From Utricularia gibba (lineage: Eukaryota > Plantae > Magnoliophyta): DNA of 64,000 nt. Made by a program: the position numbers and the translations under genes. Positions 38,832 through 51,500 of this stretch are shown here, piece after piece. The notes under the pieces are model-generated. The model was not told where the DNA came from and made no database searches. It worked only from the letters and a program-made list of their open reading frames with translations. How positions within the stretch are numbered: the first letter of the stretch is position 1; every line of letters begins with the position of its first letter. The stretch covers positions 4,092,001 through 4,156,000 of the forward strand of contig NEEC01000002.1 of assembly GCA_002189035.1 (NCBI GenBank). Reading direction: 5' to 3'.

Positions 38832-39331
38832 TCACAATGCTGTAATTTCGCTTCTTTGCGAGGGACTACGCCAGAATCCGGCACTGTAAAATGTGTCCCA
38901 CATTTCCTTTTCAAGCTCAATTGCTTCCTGGTCTTCTGACATCGATTCCATAGCATTGACCATCACTAAATGTCCTGTGGTTACCGGCGGGATCTCGATG
39001 CCGAACGCCTCATCCTCATCGTAATCAAACATCGGCGACGACGCTGCCGCCGCTCCCGTGGACTTTTTCATCATCCGGCGATGGCGCGTCTGCTGCAACG
39101 CCTTACGGCACAGGCCTGCTGGCAACTTGTAAACAACCATAACCAGAAGGTTGGCCAGACCGCAGGGGCAACAACAGCACACAGCGACGCAATCCGCCGT
39201 GGTCCCCCGGCGACCTCAGCCATCCGCACTTTCCGCATCCCGCCGCGTGATGAGAAACTGTCGTTTTCCAGAAGCGGACGACGCCGATCGCCGTGGAAGG
39301 TTTGCGCTCGGAGGACGACTTGTTTCGGCAT
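38832..39331 (-). CDS. Single-exon uncharacterised plant protein (At3g11690/At5g14690-like; CCCCP and ELEKEMW...GFWRSPSQ motifs) with a 1-nt frameshift at 39204-39208
   Basis: MPKQVVLR...RRRPLL...AEVAGG lies in one frame. TTADCVAVCCCCPCGLANLLVMVVYKLPAGLCRKAL...ELEKEMWDTFYSAGFWRSPSQR lies in the -1 frame. ATG to stop is 500 nt; one extra G in the G5 run gives 166 aa. Confidence 0.8.
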
Positions 39332-41759
39332 TTGTGTGAGGAAATTAGATCTGAAAACCTTCTCCGATCTCAATGATTGTTAATCCTTCCGTATCGAGCG
39401 GAATCGAAAATCAGCCTCCTGCAAATGAATTCCAAAAAGCTGTATAAACTACCTTTCAGATTTTACGGGTGTGAACAGTGCAACGAATCGCCGGTATCAG
39501 CCGGCGGCGAATGCGCCGGACGACGAAACGTTTCTGATGCTACAAAAATCCTTCGTAGTTGCGGGGCATCCGTTGAATTAAATATGAAATGGCGGAGAGG
39601 TGAGAACTCAAAAATCTTCGGTTCCGCGAATTCAAAGCTGAAATCAGGAAAATCGGTATCGGAATTGAGGAAAATAGAGGTGAGAAATGATTCATTTTTG
39701 CATTTTAATTTTTCTGATAATTTAATTAATTTTAAAAATTTTAAGAATAAAATTTCGATTATTAAAATAATATATTTAAATATTAATATAATAATTTTAA
39801 ATATAACAAAAACATGAATTTCAATTTATGTAATATCAACAATTAAAAATAATTCATGAAATTAAAATTATAAATATTCTATAATTCAAAAGTAACTAAT
39901 TATCATTAAATTATGTATAATTAAAATATTTTGAATAATATTAATTCTGATTATCAATAAAATTTTATCTAATATTTTTAAAATCTTAAATTAAATATTT
40001 TATAAAATATTAAAAAATCAAAATATAACTTAATTTACCTTTTAAATTAAAAAAATTGGTTCAAATATAATTTAAAAAAATGTTTAAAAAGAATGATTTT
40101 TAATTTTCTAATCTTTTGAGCGACGTCAATTTAAAATTATTTTATATTTATTTATTAAAGATATTAAATTATTTTAATTGTATATCCCATTTTCATATAT
40201 TTATTCATAGTTTTTCCTAAGTAAAAAAGTATTTTGTCTAAATGTATTCATATATATTCAACTATATTTTGTTACACTTGGTAATACCTATAATAATAAC
40301 ATACTTGAAGCAAGTCATAACACTCGATGATGTAGTCTTAAGATTGTCACCACATCCTACAAATACATCTCGTGAGAGACAATGTCTAGGCACACTTAAT
40401 GCTCGATGGCACATTTTTGTAAAAGTCGCAAGTGGTAGTGTTTACGAATTGATTCAATTTTAGTTGCTTTGAAAATATTTTATAGTAATAATATTGTTCA
40501 GTACTCCAATAAGTATTGAAGGCATTCTCAACCACTACTTTCTATCGAAGCATTAGAACTGAATTTGGCGTATTGCTATCATTTTAATCTGCCCGATTGT
40601 AAATTTTGATTAATTATGCAATTTTTTGATCTATTATTTTCTGTCATCTATATATTAAAAATTATAACTGAATATAATTAAAAGGTTATCACAAGTACTT
40701 CATGAGGTTTTGATCTCAATGACATAGGTCCCAGTCATAGATATGCAATAATATAATCAACGTATATGACACATAACATTGATTTAAAATAATATTTTTC
40801 ATATAATTAATTTATACGTTTTTTCTGAAAAAATTTTTTTTTGGAAAAATTCAGTTTTTTTCGATAAAATTCATTCAAATTTTTTTTCTAATAATGATAT
40901 GATATAATGGTATGATAAATCACAATTCATTATAATATAAATCTAAACACTATACCAACTTCTCATATTGACAGTAAAATGAATTTGAAAGGATAACGAC
41001 CAACTTTAGTGACTTAGAAGTTGATGTGTGTGTAATACAAAATGAGAACCTAATCAGAATGTGGAAAAGTTCACAATTTATCCTTCCAAAACATATCTAT
41101 TGAGATATTAGAATGATGCTTTTATGCAATCATATGTATTTTTTCACTAGAAAAGAGAAGCTTGATGCTATTATGATTCACTCGATTAAAATAGCGGCTC
41201 TGGAGTTTTGTGTCACAGAAAATGATGAAAAGGAGTATGATCTAGGGTGCAAAAAAAGTTGTGTGGTAGACAATTTTGCATCAATGTTAACAAAACAAAG
41301 TGTCTACAACCATGCTTAATACATTGTATTACAATTCACCTTCTATTTATATGATATTATCTGTTTCGAACTCTCTATCTTCATGACTTTACGTTTTTCC
41401 ATTAGAAATAAAATACCTCATACAAAATTAGAAGGTTACTTCTATTTAAGCACTCTCCTCCTCCATTCATAATCAATATGAGTTATCATCATAATATTTC
41501 TGGACTTGCATCCTCCCCTTGTTAGTACACCTTCATCCCAACATTGGCATGAGATCAGGTTTGGCTTTGATACTATATGTTATGACATTACAAATAAAAT
41601 TTTTATTATTATCAAATAAAATATTACATTATCCAAATACAAACAAAATAAAGCACAAAGCAAGATATCTAAAAATCGAACAACAACATTCAAAAAGTAA
41701 GGAAACCTAATGATGTGACTTAAGAAGAAAGTAAAACATTCTATGTTTCATCATCACTT

Positions 41760-42306
41760 CCCCCATCTTCATCTTCATCCTCATTTAAAATTATGCTTTG
41801 AACATTGTTCGAAGCTTGAATCCAATCTTTCAAGAAAATGCATGCTTTCAAAGTGTCTGGTGCTAAGTAAGATCGTTTTGACGTTACAGTTCTTCCACCT
41901 GCACTAAAAGTACTTTCCGAAGCAACATGTCAGAGGTGTGAAAATATCTTTGACAACTTTAGCTAAAATGGAGTAATGTGTGGAATTATTTTTCCACCAT
42001 ATTAGAATATCAAAAAAATCATCTTTACAATACTGTAAATGCACCATTGAGTTATATAACTTAATTTCATCATATGAAGATGTGTTACTCACATGAGGAA
42101 CTTCAACAAGGAGTGCACTTCAATAATCATCTTGAACCTCTTCATTTTCATGAGAATTATTGGTGACATCAATCTTATTTTCTCTAACATAATTCTCATA
42201 ATAAATCCATGGCCCTTCCACATTAATATTATACATCCCAACAGCATTATCATACATATCTTTAAAACCAAGACTATTATAATACTTAACAAGTAAATCA
42301 AGTCCA
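41760..42306 (-). pseudogene. hAT transposase C-terminal relic
   Basis: FDILIWWKNNSTHYSILAKVVKDIF followed by broken ASESTFSAGGRTV-like sequence. It is cut at 42307 by an Athila LTR terminus. Confidence 0.75.
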
Positions 42307-44600
42307 TGATAAATGAAAAATTATGTAATGCCATTAAAATTGAAAATTCACGTATCAAATAAATTTATAGTCTAATTCACAAACACCACATGATAAATAA
42401 TTCACATTTGTACAATGAATTAAACCCAAGTACTTGTCCAAAAGCACAACCAAAATCAACAAATGAACATATCTTCAACATAAGTAAGCTTTTATATTCC
42501 TAGCCACATATTGATCAGTCAATATTTAATATCTTTCTTCAACATCATGCAACAATGTAGATGAAGTATGTGAATCAACATTTTCTTTTGAATATAGACC
42601 TAAGGCAACATTCCACTCAACAATTGAAAAGGAAAAGATTTTCCCTAGTAATCTGAATATCACTACATTGGGTGTAAGCATAGTTTTTGGTTTTTAATAT
42701 TAAAAGATTGAAGCAAATTCGCAAGCCAATTTCACATAAGACAACTAGTTCATGTCACATAAGCTTAACAAGGTAGTTCCTTCAAGCATGACATCAACAT
42801 TTTCCACTATTCCTAATTTCACTATGATCTCAAAATCAATTATCTGAAAAGGCATAACTTTTGCTTATTTTTCCTCATGATACCTGTCTACATGTGTCTC
42901 ACTATCTAAAGTTAGGTACATGAGAGTTGAGCATGTCAGCATGACGCTTGAAATAGGGGATGCCTTTGTTGGTCATTGTTCCATGGGATATCCCTTTCTT
43001 TTCATCCATGTGTCTCCCTTGACTCAAAAATAATGGAACATGATCAGGCAAAGATTTCTCCCTTTTTGCATCTGGTTTCTTCTTGGTTAGCTTCACCTTC
43101 TAATTTTTCTATTTCTAGCTCTTTTGCTTTCCTATTTTTGTCTTGTGCCCTTCTCTTGACGAAGTTTTCATCAACATCTTCTTCCGCAAACATATTGGAA
43201 TATTTAGATATGATTGCTCTTCTCCTTCCTAAATCTATTCATGCTATTCTAATTTTTCCACAATCTTTCAATCTCTTTCTTCTTGATTTCATGTGATTTC
43301 TTCAACCACTGCCACTTTTTTTTTCCTTTAGGTTGATGATTCTCCTCCACGTCTTCACTACCTCTCACAACACTCTTTTTTTAGTTTGTACTTTTTCTAC
43401 TATTCATTTTTCTTCCTTTCTTCTTCTCACTCAATATCTTTGGTCTCTCAACAGGTTCTTCCTCTATTACCTGCTTGCCAATACCATTGTAATTATTCTA
43501 CCAATCCTTCAATTTCTATTGAATGCGAGGGCTGGTGGTGTTTTTAGTTGCTTGCTTCTGAAGGTTCTCATGCCTCCAAGGCAAGAATTCTTCTTAGGTG
43601 CACTGCATGCAAAAAGCCTTCCATCTCTTGAAATTTATCCTTTGTAGCAATCGACACTTTGTGTTGTTCGTAGATGGGAGCAACAAACATTTCACCCCTA
43701 GTTTTCCTTTTTTAATTGCTCTGAACTATAGTTTTCTTATCAAGTTTTGTACCAATAGCATTATGATGTTGGGTCTTTGCAAGCATTTCATGATTTTTTT
43801 CTACAATCCTGAATAATACTAAGAAAAATTTGCCTAGGGTAAGGGGCATTTTTGTAAAACTAAATTTTTATTGTAAATTTCAAAATAACTCCCTACTAAA
43901 CGTAGTATATCTTTTTCCTATGTAATGACTCCATCCCCCTATTTTTTTTCAATAGGAACATAAAAAAAAATGAACATAACTCCTAACTTGATCTTAAAAT
44001 AATGCTAAGTTGCTACAAATAAAAGTGAAAAGGAAACACGATAACTAAATAAGATCTTAGCCATGGGTCACATCCAACAAGCATCATTGTTTTAAGTCTT
44101 GAACTTAACTTCAAATGCGTTCTTCATTGTTGGTGCATCCTTCAAGATGATGACTTAAGCATCCTTCACAAACCCATTCTGAAGGTTTTCATAAAAGATT
44201 TTTAGTCTATGCTCATTCACCACAAATCTGTTATTAGTATCTTCATCATGGATCCTCACTACATAATATGGAAAAAGTTCACCACAAATAGATTGATCTA
44301 GCATGATTTAAGCTTCCTTGGATGTAACTTTAATCTAGACTGAAACATCAATACTTTCTCCTCGACCTCAAAAGATCTTTGAAAAATGTGCTTATCATGA
44401 TAATCATTGATCCTCGTTTTGAAAAACTTGAAGCTCTCGTAGGCATTATTTCTCAACTCTACCAATTCATAAAGTTGTAACTTCCTTTGACTTGCACTAA
44501 GACACTCATCTAGATTCATTCTCTTCACGGCCACTAGGCTTTGTGGTCCAAAACTACTCATAGTCTACAACGTTTGTCATAGACTAACCAAAATGGTGAA

Positions 44601-45800
44601 TGATAAACGAAAATTTTAGCAATGTTGTTGCAATAAAATCAAATTTTCGTATCAAATAAATTTATAATCCCTAATCCTCACGAAATACAAATTAAACACA
44701 AAATGTCAAGTGGAATTCAGGGCCGATCTGAAGAGCTTGTACTTGCTAAGTGTTTTAGTAGATGCAGAATTCGAAATAAAAGTGGTTCTTAGTCTAAGCT
44801 TGAACTAACAGTGGTAAGCAAGTTTAGTAAACAAGGTCAAGTCTCAACGTTGAAGGTAACAAATACTGGTTCTAACAAAAAGTAATGCTAAGATGCCTTA
44901 AGGATCTATAGGTGATGTGGTGCTAAGGTGCCTAATTTAATTTACCATGTTTCTATACTCACAACTCTAAACAACCTAAGTCTATTCAGGTCATTCATCA
45001 TATTTTTGGCTAAGCTAGTCCTCAATATCATAACCAACAATACAAAGTGCATAGAACTAGATCTACTCACTTCTATTGGTTGTATCTTGAACTAATACCT
45101 ACTGCTCCCACCTTTATTTGTTGGTATACCTCTAAATTAAGCATCTGAGTTGCAAAGTTACTTGTTCCCCTCTTTAGGTCTACCCATGGAATGATAGAAA
45201 CAAGAACTAAGAAACAAACATAAATCATATCATTAACCCTAGACCCACATCACTATACTTCATCTTAAGGCATCCCTAAGGTTCTAGGTACTCATGTATT
45301 GAAGGCAAAACATGATAACATTAAGATAAAGTAGTGAAAATATCAAGGACATCGTGAAAGAGTTGGTTGCAAAAACTAAAAACGTCAACAAATGAAAGGA
45401 AGGTAGTAATAGTTCTAATTTCCGTCTGCTACTGTTCATAGGTCGGAACAGTAGCACTGGATTGGGTGTTGATCTTTATTCTTCACGTTGAAGGTTCTTC
45501 TCCAGAAAATTCCCCTTGTTCTTCCCTCTAGTTCCTTGTTCGTTGTGTTCGGGGAGAAGCCCCCTTCGTGTGTGTGCTACTGAAGCTCCCCTTGAGATTC
45601 TCTCTCCTCTAGTTTTTCTCTCATCTCTCACTTCCTAAAGCAAGTAGAATCTCTGACAGTTCTGTTCCTCCTACCCCTGACTTGCAGACTGCCATTGTGA
45701 CAGTGTACTCATTGCTCCCTACTTCTCCTGCTACATGGTGACTTGCACGAAATCTTTGTGTCTGGTACAACTAAAAAGCAAGATACTAGTAAGTCTAACT
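44601..45800 (-). mobile_element. Family B Athila-type LTR inserted in the integrase region
   Basis: Terminus tgataaacgaaaattt at 44601, directly beside integrase codons (SPFWLVY). The other end was not resolved. Confidence 0.55.
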
Positions 45801-47480
45801 CTTATACTAAGGGGCAGACTAGCATGATCTGATTAGGATGAAGAGGAGTTTTAGCATGATATTGGAGCAAAACTTTTGGGAGCTCCATATATGAAAAAAG
45901 GAGCTCTCCTTAAAGAAAGATAATTTTTTTTGACGTTTGGAAGAGAAGATTGGAGACAGCAACAAATTGTATTTTTTGACGAATGATAAGGATGAAGAGG
46001 AGTTTTAGCATGATACTAGCAAAACTTCAGCATTCAGAAGTTCCATTGAGCAAGTCCAATACACAGAAGAAAGAAAAAAATGTCTAGCTACAGGCTATTC
46101 AAGAAGAGATGGAGAATTTGGTGAACATTGTATTTTATGCACCTTTATTCGTGACACTTTCTACTTCTTGCATTAACATTTCTTGCTTTAACAACCAGTT
46201 GCTTTGAAAGTCCAGTTTTAATGGAAGTATTATGACTCTTGTTTTCATAATTTTTCATAAGTACAACTCTAGAACACAATTTAAACCTGAGCAGGAACTT
46301 TTACGTGCTTTCATGAAGTTAAATTCCTATTTAAATGCACAATGAACCATTAGTTGTTTCAAATTTGAATTTATGGATTTTATTTCCTACTTTCCAATTT
46401 AGTAGTGTGGAGAAAATTTTTATTAATTTAGTTAAAATAGAGACACACTTCTAGAAAATCTCATGTTTAATGCAACTACGCATATGATCAATAACTAAGA
46501 ACCGTTAGCTCTTTATGGATCAACTTGGGCTTACTATTACTACATTAATTTCTTTGCAAATTATTTGTGAATTTCTGCTCAGAATACAAATTACTTTTGA
46601 TGGGCAAAACCTCTAGGATTATGACACCTATAAAATTTTCCATCCATCATTTATTAGTCAATTGTTCAATGTCACTAGAAGCTGAAAAATATTTGCTCAA
46701 AAACACATTTTTCATACTAGACATATTAGTTATGCTTCTTGGCATTGAGAATTAAACCAAGTCTTTACACTTCCTTCTAATATAAACTGAAATGCAATTA
46801 AGCATATAGCATCCTCCATCATGCTAGTACTTTTGAAAGATTAACAGATAGTTGGAACAATATCCAAGTGCCTATGTGAATTCTCTTCTATTTTTTCCAT
46901 AATACTTTGAGAGAAAATTCATCATAGCTTGTTTTAATTCATTTAGTGCACCATCACAAATGCACAGTCCTCTATACATGTTGTCTATAGAATTTAGCTC
47001 ATTCAAAGTTTTCTCTTACTCTGACATGATCGAATCATGTTGATACATGGTAAGGGCTCTTCTCAACTTGGCTAACTCCTCACTCTCTTTTGGTTCCTCT
47101 TAGCAGCTCTCTTCATTGCATGGGAATTTCATTTTTGTTTATAATATTAGCTGTTTTTTGACATGTATCACAAGCTCTACAAAAACAAAAACAAGAAAAT
47201 CTAAAAAAGTAGAAGGCCAATAATATCCACTGTCAAGTACCTTCTTTGCTGTTCTATTCGGTGCATGGAGATGTCAGTATGGGAATGAATGTCAAAATTC
47301 AATCACTTGATCAATGTCACCATTGGATAAGCATCTACATACAACTTCATTGCTAAAATTCTTCTACATAGCTCTTCAATTTCAGTTTCTCATGGCTCTT
47401 CAAATTCTCGAAAATTTGCCATATGGAAAGAAAGTTAGATATATCTACACACCAAGGTTTTCTAGTCTTCCTTGACAATG

Positions 47481-48591
47481 TGATAATACATATTTTTGAG
47501 TTACTCAATGCATGGAATTCACTCATTTTGTGCTACAAAAATTAACTTTTATTGCCTAGTTCTATATTTTTGCACCTAACTACCGTAGCAGTGCCAATTT
47601 AGCCTCAACCTTCTAACAGTTTCCTTCGAGCAATGCAGCACATGTCGCAACACAAATTCCAAGGAGCTGAATATGAACAGTATGGTGGCATAAGTCTGAA
47701 AAAGAGTACACACAAAGTCCAAGAAGGTGAAAAAATGAGATTTTGGACAAAAAGGGAGGGAAGATGAGAGAGAAGACAGATCTCCCCTTGGAGACTTATG
47801 AACAACTTTCTGGAGAAGGTTTTCTGGGGAGGAAGAAGGATGAAGACGAACAGGAACTAAGCTCATGCTTGAAGATTATTTTCTATTTTCCAAGGATTAT
47901 TACTCCTAGCTAAGATTAGCTAGCGACGCTTTCTAGGTTTCTGTCAAACATTTCAGTTTCCTGCTTGTTTATTTTCTAGTAGTCGACTGAGACATGAATG
48001 CATTGTGGATGATGTTTTCTCTTCTATTTTCGTTTGTCTAAGCACTTAGAGGGTGCCTTGGGGTGAAAAGAGGAGAAATATGCTAACCATTCTTAGACTT
48101 AATAAACTATAAGTCACGCCACTTCCTTAACCAACCAGGATAGATCCAGGAGGGGGAAGTAGTGAAACCCAACTTAACAACCCTAATTAGAGGTAGACCA
48201 AAGATCAGGGGGAAAACTAGAATCCGAGTAGACCTAGATCTTGTGAGTTAGTTTTATGATTTATGGTTTGTGTGAGCTTGTTTATTGATGAGCATACATC
48301 CCCTAGGAGTCCCAAGGCATCATCCATTCCATTCCAGAAACAACCGAGCTCCAGAACTTGTTACTTTTCTTTACTGTATTTCGTTTTAGTACTGCCTTAG
48401 TCCTAGCTAAGACCAATTTTAGCAACGTGACACTGATTTCATGCATTAACCTTCACATAGCAAGCATCTGCTCTTCGTGTTCGACCCTAATCACTATGCT
48501 CATAATTGTTTTATGCTTGAGCGTGTATTAGGATATAAATTTATTTGATAGGAAGATTTACATTTACGACGTGTAAATTTTTCGTTTATCA
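47481..48591 (+). mobile_element. Solo LTR, Athila-type family A (1111 bp), TSD CAATG
   Basis: Termini tgataatac...ttcgtttatca with CAATG at 47476-47480 and 48592-48596. Homologous to 8104-9252. Confidence 0.85.
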
Positions 48592-51500
48592 CAATGCCAT
48601 AACACTAATTAATTCAATCGGAAAAGCATCAACTATCTCCTCTTCATCCAATGGATTCTCTATCCTACTCAAATGATGAGGTCAGTAGTTCTCATTTCCT
48701 AGTTTATCCTTAATTTCATCATCAAACACTTGGAGCAAAGGCACCCAACCAAGCAACCTTGGATTTGTGTACCACTTCAACATTAGATGTCTTATGACTG
48801 CATGGGTAGTGTGTACTATTATCTTACTCTCAACCAAATAAATCTTGAACTTTTGTAGGGCAAAAACAATAACCAACATCTCTTTCTTCGTGGTTATATA
48901 ATTTTTTGTGCATCATCTTGAGTTTTTAAGGCATAACTGATCACAAGGTTTTTGATGCATCACACATAACATTAAATGGTTAGTTCTAGTCATGAGCTCA
49001 AATCAATGATGTTGTTGTGATTGCATCTTTCAATTTGTTGAAAGCTTTTTACAATGATCTAAAAACTCAAACTTAGCATCCTGTTTCAACAACTCAATAA
49101 AGGATTTAGAGATTGTTGAGAAACCCTTGATGAACTTGGGATAAAAACTAACATGCCTGAAAAATGGTTGTATACCCTTTACGTCTTGAGATGGGATAAG
49201 ATTAGATATCGCATAAACCTAAGTAGGAACCCGTAAACCATCATTCGAAACAACATGTCCCAACACTATTCTTTGTCTAACCATGAAATGGTATTTTTCC
49301 TAATCAAGAACTAAATCTATTTGATCAATAAAGGGGAGAGGGTAATGGTCCTTTCTCGTGACATAATTGAGTTTTCTATAGTTAATACATGATTTCCACT
49401 CATTTTGTACTCTTGTGATAACTTGGTTCTTTTTAGAATTTATAACAACATTGATTCTTGTCTTTTTATAGGCACCACGTGAATGCGATTAACCTAAAAT
49501 TACAAAAATGATCGAAGCTTTCAGTAGTTCACTACCTCCTTTTCCACAACTTCCATGAGGGTGGGATTTAATCATTTTTGAGGTTATCAGATTGGCTTGG
49601 TATCATCTTTCAGGAGTACTAAATGCGGAGAAATTGATGGGCAAATTGCTTGAATATCCTCCAAAGTCCAACCAATCGCTTTCTTATGTTTCTTTAGCAT
49701 CACTATAAGATTTCATCCTATTCAAGAGTGAAATCAGAACTAACAATAACAAGAAAACTATTTCCCTCTCCAAAAAAAATGTACTTTAAGTGCTCGAGGA
49801 GAGGTTTCAATTCAGGTTTCTTTTGGCAAGAGACTTTACCAAACCCAACTTCATTCGAAGGCATCTCCAACTTTAACTCTGGTGTCACACTTGCTTCTTC
49901 ATCCACTTCCACCATGATCAACTTCTTCTTCAATCTTCTTTGATCACCATGCCAACTCTACATACACCAACTTCGAGTTCACCAGATTTGAATGTTACAA
50001 ATACAACTTTGGGTATAACATCTTTGATACCTACATGAGCACAACCCTAGTAATTCCTTCAGGAATGGCGGTCACTCTTGTGGCCTGAATAAGTCTAATA
50101 TTGGTCTTCCTCAAGGGTATGAGACCAAAAGACTCATAAACATCTAGTGGCATCATTTTTATTGCTGCTCCTTATTCACTCATAAGCATCCTCCTATTTT
50201 CGCAAATACAATGTATGTACTTGTATCACCACATTTAGCAGGAAGTCCCTTATCAATAATGTTCACATCTTCTGTACTAAATTGATGAAATATTTATTTG
50301 TGAATTCAATGAGGGTTGAGAAGGTAACTTTCCAACTTTTTTTTCAATTTCTCAAACTTGGGTGACCAATTGTTTAACTCGTTTCTCAAGATTTTTGATG
50401 GCTCCTTAGATTGATTCGTTCTCTTTTTTTGTTTTCCTCTCTTTCTTTGAGGGTATCCATAAGCATACACCTCATCATTTCTTCCAAAGATGGTTCTTGC
50501 TTTGCCTGATCATTCCTTTGATGAGGGGATTGATGTAGTCTTTGCATCAATAGCATCTAACTGAGTTCTCAAACTTGGGTGTCCTTCTGCTCCCTCTAGC
50601 AATAGCTCCCTCTTCTCATCAATGGCAATAATCCTTCCATAATAAAATTTAATCAAGGTATGCTTTTCAAACTCATGATGGGGATAACTTGCAAGCAAGG
50701 TGCTGAATTTACCCTAATATTAATGAAGTGGGTCTTCCATTAATTGATAAACATTAGTAATTATTCATCTCAATTCTTCGGCCTTCATGAATGGAAAATA
50801 CTTGTTCAAATATACTTTTTTTCATATCTGTCTAACTTTCTGTGCTTCTAGACTCCTAAGTGTCAAACCACTCGTTTCAATCTCCTTTTTGTAATACCTC
50901 TGAATGGGACCAACACCAAGGTGACCAGGATGAGCATCCACAAGTTGGTGAAAGACTTCTTCTAATAGGTATAAAGATTGGAAAGAGTCAAGGTGTGGAA
51001 GGTTAGGCTTTAGAATCTTCTAAAGGGCTTGTTAGGCCAAATTTGGGGTATAAGTTGGTGATTCAACCCTTGTGCGGGATTCATTAGGTTTACAATGATT
51101 AGATTTGTGAGAATGATAGGATCTATACCCTCATAAGGGAAGGGTGAGGCTGATGGTGATGAGGACGGTGAATGATGAGGGTGATGGGGATCTGAATGTC
51201 ATGAGGCAAAGCTGGTGTATATGCTCATTATGAGAGAAAAAGTGAATATTGATGGGATTCGCAAGAGGAGAGACATACAATAATGACGATGGCAAAGGGA
51301 GGTAGATTGTATTAGTGATAGTGAGATGTATTCGATAGAAAGGTAACAACTTTATGCTTAGAATGTTTTGAGTTATATGTTGTTGTTGAGATCTAACCTT
51401 CATAAGGGGTGGTGGAAAGCATGGATCAATAAGACTCTGTTGAATAGAGCAATTCTCTAAGAGTTAGCTGGGCAAAGCACCTCTAGCACTTTTCCAAGCA

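Larger units (their letters stand above)
42307..51050 (-). mobile_element. Mosaic of decayed Athila gag-pol, ORF2 and LTR pieces
   Basis: gag (LNKYFPFMKAEELR...YPHHEFEKHTLIKFYYG, about 50620-50800), RT and RNase H remnants (48680-49750), integrase (TAKKVLDSGYYWPS near 47230; RKLQLYELVELRNNAYE at 44298-44561), ORF2 at about 43700-42450, and an LTR end at 42307. A second gag piece near 46600-47100 shows that more than one element is involved. Confidence 0.7.

Noticed and set aside
11100-39212. Programmed -1 ribosomal frameshifting at the two gene frameshifts
   Set aside because: Neither site has an X-XXY-YYZ slippery heptamer, and these families are known to me as single-frame ORFs. Error or mutation is simpler.
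39377-39817. 146-aa ORF divergent from the 39331 gene
   Set aside because: It has no motif, spans the gene's upstream region, and ends in low-complexity I/N/K codons from AT-rich DNA.
41113-41319. Possible MULE SWIM-finger remnant (EFCV...DLGCKKSC...NHA)
   Set aside because: The Cys/His spacing is incomplete and no other MULE domain is nearby; too weak to call.
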